Assembly (NCBI GenBank): GCA_034189905.1
Contig: JAXHTY010000022.1
Span: 53,795-77,794, forward strand
DNA: 24,000 bases
Reading direction: 5' to 3'
Origin: Thermodesulfobacteriota bacterium
Lineage (GTDB): Bacteria; Desulfobacterota; Desulfobacteria; Desulfobacterales; Desulfosudaceae
Below, piece after piece: positions 8,230 through 15,712 of this stretch; position 1 is the stretch's first letter; every line of letters starts with the position of its first letter. A program made the position numbers and the translations under genes. The notes beneath the pieces were generated by a model, which was given only the letters and a program-made list of their open reading frames with translations, was not told the origin of the DNA and made no database searches.

Positions 8230-10611
8230 ATGCCTGAAAACAAAATATTCTCATCCACCCGAGTGCCGTTGTTATGCACAATAGCAATCATTGTCTTGAC
8301 GGGCATCCTGATTTACTCAAATACCTTTGGCGTCCCTTTTGTTTTCGACGATGTGCCGAATATAATCGACAACCCCCATATCCGGATGACCGCCTTAACA
8401 CCGGAACAGCTTGCCGACGCTGTTCAAGGACCTGCAGGCCACCGGCCACTTGCCTACCTTTCCTTTGCATTCAACTACTTTTTCCATGAATATCATGTAT
8501 TCGGGTATCATCTGATAAACCTGATCATTCATCTGATCACCGGGCTGCTGGTTTTTTTAACAGCCCGGCAGACCCTGCGCCTCACAGGCACTGATAATCG
8601 TTTCATTCCGGTATTGGCCGCCGTTCTCTGGCTGGTCAGCCCGGTCCACACCCAGGCCGTCACCTACATTGTTCAACGAATGACGGCCATGGCCACCATG
8701 TTTTATCTGCTGGCCCTGTTCCTTTACATCAAGGCACGGATTATTCAAACCAATACCAAGATGCAGACAAAACGTGCGGCACTCTTCTTTGTTGCAAGCT
8801 TATTGTCCTGGATCTGCGCACTTGGCGCCAAAGAGATCGCCGCGACACTCCCTGTATTTGTTTTTCTATATGAATGGTTCTTTTTTCAGAATTTAGACAC
8901 AGATTGGCTGAGAAGACAGACTGTTTGGATTCTGGGACTCTGTGTGGTTGTGACATTCATTGCTTTTTACTACCTGGGCACCACCCCACTGGAAAGGATC
9001 CTGAAAGTTTATAACTACAGAGATTTCACGCTGGTACAGCGCCTTCTCACAGAGCCCAGAATAGTACTTTATTATCTCTCGCTCCTGGCATTCCCTCATC
9101 CGGGCCGCCTGAACCTGAATTATTATATCAGCGTATCAACATCGCTCATTAACCCCGTTACGACTCTGTTTTCAATCCTCGCCTTGATCGCTTTTTTTGC
9201 TGTTGCCATTATATCGGCCAAAAAAAATCGCCTGCTCTCCTTTGCAATCCTCTGGTACCTGGGTAATCTGGTGATCGAATCCTCCTTTATCGGCCTTGAA
9301 CTCATTTTTGAACACCGCGCATACCTGCCTTCAATCTTTGTGTTTATTGCCACTACCGCCCTGCTGACATCCCGGGACAAAAGGGCTTCTGCCGTAACAC
9401 TACTGTGTGCGCTTATTATTATTTCAGGATTCTGGACATACCAGCGCAACAAAACATGGGCCGATAAAATTTCGTTATGGGGAGACGCTTCAGCAAAAGC
9501 ATCCAGAAATCCAAGGCCGCATAACAACCTGGGTATGGCATTGCAAAAAAAAGGCCTGTATAAACTGGCAATGGAGAAGTACAAAAAAGCCATTTCCGTT
9601 GATCCGACTTATGAAAATGCATACAACAACATGGGGTTTGCCTTGCTTGAAAACGGCTCCCCCGATGAGGCCATTCCTTATTTAATAACCGCCCTGAAGA
9701 TCAGACCCACTTTCAAGGACGCCCACAACAATATTGCGGTAGCTTATCATCGAACCGGTAATACGGAGAAGGCCATTGCACACTGCAAAACGGGCCTTGC
9801 CATTGATCCTGATTTTACCAAAATCAGAAACACGCTTGGTGTCATCTATCTTGGGCAATCGAAACTAAAACAGGCCGCAGACTGTTTTACCACCGTCCTG
9901 AAATCACAACCCGGCTTATTTGAAACCAATATGAACATGGGATTAATCCGACAGAGAGAAAACCGTCCCCAAAAAGCTGCCGATTTTTTCGAAACCGCTG
10001 TTGCCCTGAATCCCAATAGTGTCGAAGCCCATTATCATCTTGGCAGTGTACTTGCCATGTCAGGCGACCTCATCGATGCCCGGCACCATATTGAAGTGGC
10101 GCTCAAGATCAAACCGGACTATCCACAGGCACATAACGCCCTTGGCAATATTCTCTTGAAGCAGGGCGAGATCGATAAGGCAATCACATATTACCAAAAG
10201 GCCCTGCAATATGCGACCGTCTATGCTTCTGCCAGCATCAACCTTGCCAACGCCCTGAGTATGAAGAGGGAATACAATGCGGCCATCGCCAGTCTTAATG
10301 AAGCCCTTCCCCAGGCCCCGGAAAACCCGTCCCTGCTGAGCAAACTCGGCATGCTCTACTCAAAAACAGAGAAATACGATGAGGCAATTGACGTGTTTAA
10401 GACACTGGGCACTGTTCTTCCCGGAAATGCAACCGTTTTCTATAATATTGCCTGTCTTTATGCAAAACAGAACAACACAGAAAAAGCTGTGGAGAACCTG
10501 AAAAAAGCCATTGAAAAAGGTTACGCCAGTATGGAAAGGATAAAAACAGACCCGGATCTCGAAGCCATACGGAATACCGACTATTACAAACAATTGACAT
10601 CACAACGATAG
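8230..10611 (+). CDS. Paralog 4 of 6: GT-C (TMTC-like) membrane domain with a TPR domain and cap (793 aa)
   Basis: Track ORF. Motifs: FVFDD, GHRPLAYLSFAFNYFFH, SPVHTQAVTYIVQRMTAMATMFY, AKEIAATLPV, YEWFFF, FEHRAYLPS. Cap: FYNIACLYAKQNNTEKAVENLKKAIEKGYASMERIKTDPDLEAIRNTDYY. Confidence 0.9.
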   Translation: MPENKIFSSTRVPLLCTIAIIVLTGILIYSNTFGVPFVFDDVPNIIDNPHIRMTALTPEQLADAVQGPAGHRPLAYLSFAFNYFFHEYHVFGYHLINLIIHLITGLLVFLTARQTLRLTGTDNRFIPVLAAVLWLVSPVHTQAVTYIVQRMTAMATMFYLLALFLYIKARIIQTNTKMQTKRAALFFVASLLSWICALGAKEIAATLPVFVFLYEWFFFQNLDTDWLRRQTVWILGLCVVVTFIAFYYLGTTPLERILKVYNYRDFTLVQRLLTEPRIVLYYLSLLAFPHPGRLNLNYYISVSTSLINPVTTLFSILALIAFFAVAIISAKKNRLLSFAILWYLGNLVIESSFIGLELIFEHRAYLPSIFVFIATTALLTSRDKRASAVTLLCALIIISGFWTYQRNKTWADKISLWGDASAKASRNPRPHNNLGMALQKKGLYKLAMEKYKKAISVDPTYENAYNNMGFALLENGSPDEAIPYLITALKIRPTFKDAHNNIAVAYHRTGNTEKAIAHCKTGLAIDPDFTKIRNTLGVIYLGQSKLKQAADCFTTVLKSQPGLFETNMNMGLIRQRENRPQKAADFFETAVALNPNSVEAHYHLGSVLAMSGDLIDARHHIEVALKIKPDYPQAHNALGNILLKQGEIDKAITYYQKALQYATVYASASINLANALSMKREYNAAIASLNEALPQAPENPSLLSKLGMLYSKTEKYDEAIDVFKTLGTVLPGNATVFYNIACLYAKQNNTEKAVENLKKAIEKGYASMERIKTDPDLEAIRNTDYYKQLTSQR

Positions 10612-10687
10612 CCGACATAATAGGCACAGGCATGACAGACCACTGGGACTCTCACGAACTCAACCTGGAACTTTACGGAAGCCACAG

Positions 10688-12991
10688 ATGAACGTAAGGA
10701 AAAGCCATTCCGCCCAATGGCAGATTTTTGTCATCTCCGGCGTTATTATCTTGCTGGGGACTCTGATCTATGCCAACACTTTTCATGTACCATTTATTTT
10801 CGATGATATCCACAATATTAAAGAGAACAGTCTTATCCGACTGACAACGATCACACCGGGAAAAATTCTTCAACTGAAAAACAGCCCTTGTCCGCATCGG
10901 CTCATAGCAAACTTTTCCTTTGCGTTAAATTACTTTTTTCATGATTATAACGTATTCGGGTATCACCTTATAAATCTGATCATCCACCTGATCACCGGTT
11001 TGCTGGTCTTTTTGACTGCCCGGCAGACCCTGCGCCTTACCGGTACCGATGACCGCTTTATTCCGGCATTGGCCGCCGTCCTCTGGCTGGTCAACCCTGT
11101 TCATACGCAGTCGGTCACATACATTGTTCAGCGGATGACAGCCATGGCCACCATGTTCTATCTGCTGGCCCTGTTCCTTTATATTAAGGCGCGGCTGATG
11201 CAGCACGATTTGCCGAAGAAAAAGGCTGCCCACATACTGCTGTTTGCCGGATGCGCCTTAGCCGGCCTGCTGGGGCTGGGCTCAAAAGAAATAGCCGCCA
11301 CGCTGCCGCTGTTTCTGTTTATTTATGAATGGTTTTTTTTTCAGGACCTGAATGGGCAGTGGGTGAAGCAACGACTTTTATGGATTGGCATTGCATGTCT
11401 GGCATTCTTGGCCATTGCCGCCGTCTACCTGGGAACCAGTCCGGTTGAAAAAATCCTGAAAGGTTATGGTCACAGAGACTTTACGCTAGGCCAACGCCTC
11501 CTCACAGAACCAAGGATCATACTTTACTATCTCTCGCTTCTTGTCTTCCCTCACCCGGACCGCCTGAACCTCAATTACGACATCAGTGTCTCCACATCCC
11601 TCATTGATCCTGCTACGACGCTGCTTTCAATTCTTACCCTATCCGGCCTTTTTGTCGTCACCATGGTTGCGGCCCCCAAAAACCGCTTGCTCGCTTTTGC
11701 AATCCTCTGGTTTTTGGGAAACCTGGTTATCGAATCCTCTTTTCTCAGCCTTGAACTCATTTTTGAACACCGTACCTACCTGCCTTCAATATTCATCATT
11801 ATTGTATTAACCACTGCCCTGCTGACATCCTCCCGCATCCGCAATACCGGCATTACAGCATTGTGCGTGACGATAGTTGTCTTCTGTTACTGGACGTATC
11901 AGCGCAATCAGGTTTGGGCCGATAAGGTTTCTCTGTGGAAAAACTGTTCAGACAAAGCGCCGGGGAGCCCAAGGCCATATATTAATATGGCTTCCGCACT
12001 GATGGAATCCGGGGATATGGCCCGGGCCAAAACGCTTTTTCAGAAAGCACTTCAACTCGACCCATCTAACGATGCAGCCCATAAGGAATATGGCCTGCTG
12101 CTCCTTGAAGAGGGTTTTACCGATCAAGCAATTGATCACTTTCGCAAAAGCATCGTCCTGAACCCACGGAATATTGCTGCTTATAATAATCTGGGATATG
12201 CCTTGCTTCGCAAGAACCAAACCCCAAAAGCGATTTCGGCGCTTGAAAAAGCCCGACATTTGAATCCTTACATCCCTGAAGTTCATTATAATCTTGCGAA
12301 AGCCTATCTGCAGAATGATCACACAACAACAACTTTTGACACAGCAGAAAAAGCTTTCCAGGAGGCCATTTCTCTCGATCCTCTCTATTACAAAGCATTT
12401 AACGATCTGGGCGCCTTATATCTTTTAACCGGACAAACAGACAAAGCTGTTCACGTTTTGAACGAGGCCATTCGCATCAATCCCGAGTATGCCCCGGCCC
12501 ATAAGAACATGGCTTTAACACTGAACCGTCAGGGGAACGCTTCCCAGGCACTCCATCATATACTTGAAGCTTGTCGTATTGCCCCGAACATCCCCGGTTT
12601 CCATATAACTGCCGGGGATATGCTGATGACACAGGGGAAAACGGAAGATGCCCAACATCATTACAGCAAAGCATTGTCTCTGGCCGGTGGGTCTCCCCGG
12701 CAAATTCTGCGTATCGGCAATCATTATGCCGGCGCAGGCCTGTATTCACAGGCAGTTCAAGCGTATCAAAAACTGGCCGCCTTAATGCCGGACAATCCCG
12801 CTGTTTTTTATAATCTTGCATGCCTGTATGCAAAACAAAAAAACCCGGAACAGACAATAGCCTATCTTGAAAAGGCCATCAATAATGGATATGATGATGT
12901 GGATCACCTGAAAACCGACAAGGACCTTGAGATTATCAGAAACACGGAATTCTACAAGAACATTCTACATAAATTGCAGGGTCGAAAATAA
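10688..12991 (+). CDS. Paralog 5 of 6: GT-C (TMTC-like) membrane domain with a TPR domain and cap (767 aa)
   Basis: Track ORF. GGAAG lies 6 nt upstream of the ATG. Motifs: FIFDD, PHRLIANFSFALNYFFH, NPVHTQSVTYIVQRMTAMATMFY, SKEIAATLPL, YEWFFF, FEHRTYLPS. Cap: FYNLACLYAKQKNPEQTIAYLEKAINNGYDDVDHLKTDKDLEIIRNTEFY. Confidence 0.9.
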   Translation: MNVRKSHSAQWQIFVISGVIILLGTLIYANTFHVPFIFDDIHNIKENSLIRLTTITPGKILQLKNSPCPHRLIANFSFALNYFFHDYNVFGYHLINLIIHLITGLLVFLTARQTLRLTGTDDRFIPALAAVLWLVNPVHTQSVTYIVQRMTAMATMFYLLALFLYIKARLMQHDLPKKKAAHILLFAGCALAGLLGLGSKEIAATLPLFLFIYEWFFFQDLNGQWVKQRLLWIGIACLAFLAIAAVYLGTSPVEKILKGYGHRDFTLGQRLLTEPRIILYYLSLLVFPHPDRLNLNYDISVSTSLIDPATTLLSILTLSGLFVVTMVAAPKNRLLAFAILWFLGNLVIESSFLSLELIFEHRTYLPSIFIIIVLTTALLTSSRIRNTGITALCVTIVVFCYWTYQRNQVWADKVSLWKNCSDKAPGSPRPYINMASALMESGDMARAKTLFQKALQLDPSNDAAHKEYGLLLLEEGFTDQAIDHFRKSIVLNPRNIAAYNNLGYALLRKNQTPKAISALEKARHLNPYIPEVHYNLAKAYLQNDHTTTTFDTAEKAFQEAISLDPLYYKAFNDLGALYLLTGQTDKAVHVLNEAIRINPEYAPAHKNMALTLNRQGNASQALHHILEACRIAPNIPGFHITAGDMLMTQGKTEDAQHHYSKALSLAGGSPRQILRIGNHYAGAGLYSQAVQAYQKLAALMPDNPAVFYNLACLYAKQKNPEQTIAYLEKAINNGYDDVDHLKTDKDLEIIRNTEFYKNILHKLQGRK

Positions 12992-12993
12992 AA

Positions 12994-15183
12994 ATGCAAA
13001 CGACAAAAACAGATAGCCACTGGCAAACACTTGCCGTACTTGCAGTAATGATTGCCCTCATCATTCTGATTTACGCCAACGCCCTTGACGCGCCCTTTGT
13101 TTTCGACGACATGCCGAATATAGTCGACAATCCTCATTTACGACTGACCGCCTTCACGCCGGAACGGCTTACCGGGGCAATAAAGGGGCCTTCCGGCAAT
13201 CGGCCCTTTGCATTTTTCTCCTTTGCCTTAAATTACTTCTTTCATGGTTATACTGTAAACGGATATCGCCTTGTAAATCTGATTATTCACCTGATAACCG
13301 GAATGCTGGTCTTTTTGACTGCCCGGCAGACCCTGTACCTCACAGGCACTGACAATCGTTTTATTCCTGTATTTGCTGCCGTTCTCTGGCTGTCAAGCCC
13401 CATTCACACCCAGTCGGTCACATACATTGTTCAGCGGATGACAGCCATGGCCACCATGTTTTACCTGCTGGCCATGTTCCTTTATATAAAAACACGGCTG
13501 GTACAGCGCGATTTTCCGGAAAAAAAGACTATCCCGATACTCTTGTTTACCGGATGTGCAGTGGCTGGGATTCTAGGGCTGGGTTCAAAGGAAATAGCCG
13601 CCACGCTACCGCTGTTTCTGCTGCTGTATGAATGGTTCTTTTTCCAGAATCTGAACGGGCAGTGGATGAAACAACGGCTTTTGTGGATTTGTATTGCATG
13701 CGTAGCCATTGTTGCCATTGCCGCCATTTACCTTGGCACAAGCCCGATTGAGAAAATACTTGGTATGTACGATAAGCAAGATTTTACCATGGGCCAACGC
13801 CTGCTCACCCAGCCGGGAGTCGTGCTCTACTATCTGTCCCTTTTGCTGTTCCCCCATCCCGGCCGCCTGAATCTGGATTACGATTTTCCGGTATCAACAC
13901 TTGTGAACCATCCGCTTACGACAGCCCTGACCATCCTTGCTATTGCCGGCCTCCTGATGGGCGCGATTTCCCTGGCCAAAAAACATCGACTCCTCTCATT
14001 TGCCATTCTGTGGTTTCTGGGCACCCTGGTTGTTGAATCATCGTTTTTGGGACTTGCCCTGGTGTTTGAACACCGCATCTACCTGCCTTCGGTATTTGTG
14101 CTGATTGCATTAACCGCTGCCCTGCTAACACCTTCACACTCCCGCCGCGTCGGTATTGCACTATTGTGCACCGCCACTGTTGTCTCTTGTTTCTGGACAT
14201 ACCAGCGAAACCGGATATGGACCGACAGTATTTCACTCTGGAAAGACTGTATCGCCAAAGCACCCGATAATGGACGACCGTACAACGGCCTGGGCGGGGC
14301 GTTTCAGGAAGCCGGGGACTATGAAAAAGCGCAGTTAAACTTTGAAAAAGCCATTCATCTCAACCCTGACGATTACAGGGTGAACAATAACCTGGGGGCC
14401 CTCCTGCTTGGCACCGGTAAACCAATGGACGCGATACCTTATTTTCAGAAAGCCCTGACAATCAACCCTGAATATCATGAGGCCTATTGCAACCTGGGCG
14501 TCGCGCTGGATCGGATAAACCAGCAAGAGGAAGCAATCCGGTCTTTTGAAAAAGCTTTGGCGATCTATCCCGATTATGCCGAGGCCCACAACAACCTCGG
14601 GTCCACTCTGCTGAATACCGGAAAGCCACAGGCGGCAATATTCCACTTTAAAAAAGCCGTCCGTATCAATCCTTTATATCCCGAAGCTTACAGCAACCTC
14701 GGCCTGGCCCTGATGAACCAGAAAAAGGTCGACCAGGCCATCGGATATTATCAAAAATCCCTGAAACTTTCACCGGAATCAGCCAACACCCATTTTAACC
14801 TCGGCTCGGCGTATTTCATGAAAGGCGACATTCCAAAAGCGATCCATCACCTGGAACAATCGGCTGCCATCAACCCCGCTTCCATTCTTGTGCTGAACAA
14901 CCTGTCCACCCTTTATACCATGGACAAGCAGTACGACAAGGCGATTGCAATACTGGACCAAATTGAAGCGCAACTGCCGGCGAACCCTACGGTCCACTAT
15001 AACAAGGCCTGTGTTTACTCGCTGGCCGGTCGTAAAGAGGCTGCTGTCACAAGCCTGGAAAACGCCATCCGCCTCGGCTATAATAAATGGCACCAGATAA
15101 GGACCGATTCCGACCTGGAAAACATACGGGATACAGCCTATTATAAAAAGCTTGAACAAGCAGTACTTTCTTCTTCGCCATAG
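12994..15183 (+). CDS. Paralog 6 of 6: GT-C (TMTC-like) membrane domain with a TPR domain and cap (729 aa); mosaic relative to the other paralogs
   Basis: Track ORF, starting 2 nt after the stop of paralog 5. Motifs: FVFDD, GNRPFAFFSFALNYFFH, SPIHTQSVTYIVQRMTAMATMFY, FEHRIYLPS. Cap: HYNKACVYSLAGRKEAAVTSLENAIRLGYNKWHQIRTDSDLENIRDTAYY. Confidence 0.9.
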   Translation: MQTTKTDSHWQTLAVLAVMIALIILIYANALDAPFVFDDMPNIVDNPHLRLTAFTPERLTGAIKGPSGNRPFAFFSFALNYFFHGYTVNGYRLVNLIIHLITGMLVFLTARQTLYLTGTDNRFIPVFAAVLWLSSPIHTQSVTYIVQRMTAMATMFYLLAMFLYIKTRLVQRDFPEKKTIPILLFTGCAVAGILGLGSKEIAATLPLFLLLYEWFFFQNLNGQWMKQRLLWICIACVAIVAIAAIYLGTSPIEKILGMYDKQDFTMGQRLLTQPGVVLYYLSLLLFPHPGRLNLDYDFPVSTLVNHPLTTALTILAIAGLLMGAISLAKKHRLLSFAILWFLGTLVVESSFLGLALVFEHRIYLPSVFVLIALTAALLTPSHSRRVGIALLCTATVVSCFWTYQRNRIWTDSISLWKDCIAKAPDNGRPYNGLGGAFQEAGDYEKAQLNFEKAIHLNPDDYRVNNNLGALLLGTGKPMDAIPYFQKALTINPEYHEAYCNLGVALDRINQQEEAIRSFEKALAIYPDYAEAHNNLGSTLLNTGKPQAAIFHFKKAVRINPLYPEAYSNLGLALMNQKKVDQAIGYYQKSLKLSPESANTHFNLGSAYFMKGDIPKAIHHLEQSAAINPASILVLNNLSTLYTMDKQYDKAIAILDQIEAQLPANPTVHYNKACVYSLAGRKEAAVTSLENAIRLGYNKWHQIRTDSDLENIRDTAYYKKLEQAVLSSSP

Positions 15184-15195
15184 CTTGGATGCATA

Positions 15196-15210
15196 TGACA
15201 TTTTTTGTCA
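15196..15210. promoter_or_regulatory. Inverted repeat TGACA-N5-TGTCA containing the third copy of the 12-mer CATTTTTTGTCA; candidate activator (UAS) site
   Basis: TGACA at 15196-15200, TTTTT, then TGTCA at 15206-15210. It lies ~120-135 bp upstream of the sigma54-type element at 15331. Confidence 0.35.
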
Positions 15211-15329
15211 CAAAAAAACACAAAAATACGGCATCTGCTTTCATTACCAGGTCTTCATTCCGGTCGGCTTATAGATTTAACTATTTGAAAAAATTTTGTT
15301 AATAGCAATCGACCCAATAAATCTCAAAA

Positions 15330-15346
15330 CGGCACCCCCATTGCAT
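15330..15346 (+). promoter_or_regulatory. Sigma54 (RpoN)-type -24/-12 promoter element
   Basis: The sequence cGGCAC-CCCCA-TTGCAt has GG at 15331-15332 and GC at 15343-15344. This is the correct 12-nt GG-to-GC register of the TGGCAC-N5-TTGCW consensus. Only the first T is missing. Confidence 0.5.
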
Positions 15347-15478
15347 ATCAAAACTAGTGCAGAAATGGGATTGCGACCGCATTTTTATTCTGCAAAACGG
15401 CTTAGGAAAATTAACATGTTGTTTTTATTAATCTAAGCCAGATGTCTGCAAAAAAAAAGGCTGCTCAGATTTTTTTGC

Positions 15479-15507
15479 TTGACAAAAAAACAGGATGTGG
15501 TAAAAAT
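15479..15507 (+). promoter_or_regulatory. Sigma70 promoter candidate upstream of the 15713 gene
   Basis: Consensus -35 TTGACA (15479-15484), a 16-17 nt spacer, then the A/T -10 TAAAAAT (15501-15507). A-tracts and T-tracts lie just upstream. The predicted start near 15513 gives a ~200-nt leader. Confidence 0.5.
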
Positions 15508-15591
15508 GATGGAACATAAACGCTGTTTACAGAGATGAAAGGGGGTGAGGCTTCCAAAATCTCATTTTTGTAATACACATATAGTGTATAT

Positions 15592-15682
15592 TTAGAGAAA
15601 AAGCCAAACCCCGGGCAACCGGGGGGCGGAAAGCCACGAATCCATAAGGACATTCCCTGTGGAGAGTCGGGCCGCCTCTGGG
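15592..15682 (+). promoter_or_regulatory. Structured 5' leader resembling a c-di-GMP-I (GEMM-I) riboswitch aptamer
   Basis: 15603-15635 reads GCCAAACC CCGG GCAA CCGG GGGGCGGAAAGCC. That is a CAAACC block, a 6-bp GC stem (15609-15614 / 15619-15624) capped by the GNRA tetraloop GCAA, then a CGGAAAGCC block. It has the same length and order as the Vc2 aptamer segment as I remember it (GGCAAACC AUUC GAAA GAGU GGGACGCAAAGCC). A second hairpin follows: CCACG/UGUGG (15634-15638 / 15658-15662) enclosing AAUCC-AUAA-GGAcAUU. An outer pairing is possible between UUUAGAG (15591-15597) and CUCUGGG (15676-15682). Not verified with a covariance model. Confidence 0.45.
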
Positions 15683-15712
15683 AAAAAACCTTAAACCTGG
15701 AGGGAGTAAAAG

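Noticed and set aside
11333-11341. T9 homopolymer inside paralog 5 (TGG TTT TTT TTT CAG) as a possible slipped-strand phase-variation switch
   Set aside because: It simply encodes the conserved W-F-F-F-Q block (YEWFFFQ), which the other paralogs spell with mixed TTT/TTC/TAT/TAC codons (YEW(Y/F)FF). Nine bases is borderline for slippage, and nothing in a single sequence indicates variation. It is worth a glance only in population data.
2750-15100. Periodic sequence in the 3' halves of the six large genes as DNA tandem repeats or a CRISPR-like array
   Set aside because: The periodicity is 34 codons at the protein level (TPR units) with poor nucleotide identity between units. There are no identical direct repeats separated by unique spacers.
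15365-15436. 23-codon ORF (MGLRPHFYSAKRLRKINMLFLLI) just downstream of the sigma54-type element; also the 102-aa minus ORF at 15465-15773
   Set aside because: Neither has an SD. The minus ORF overlaps the promoters, the riboswitch-like leader and the start of the 15713 gene. I treat the whole region as regulatory.
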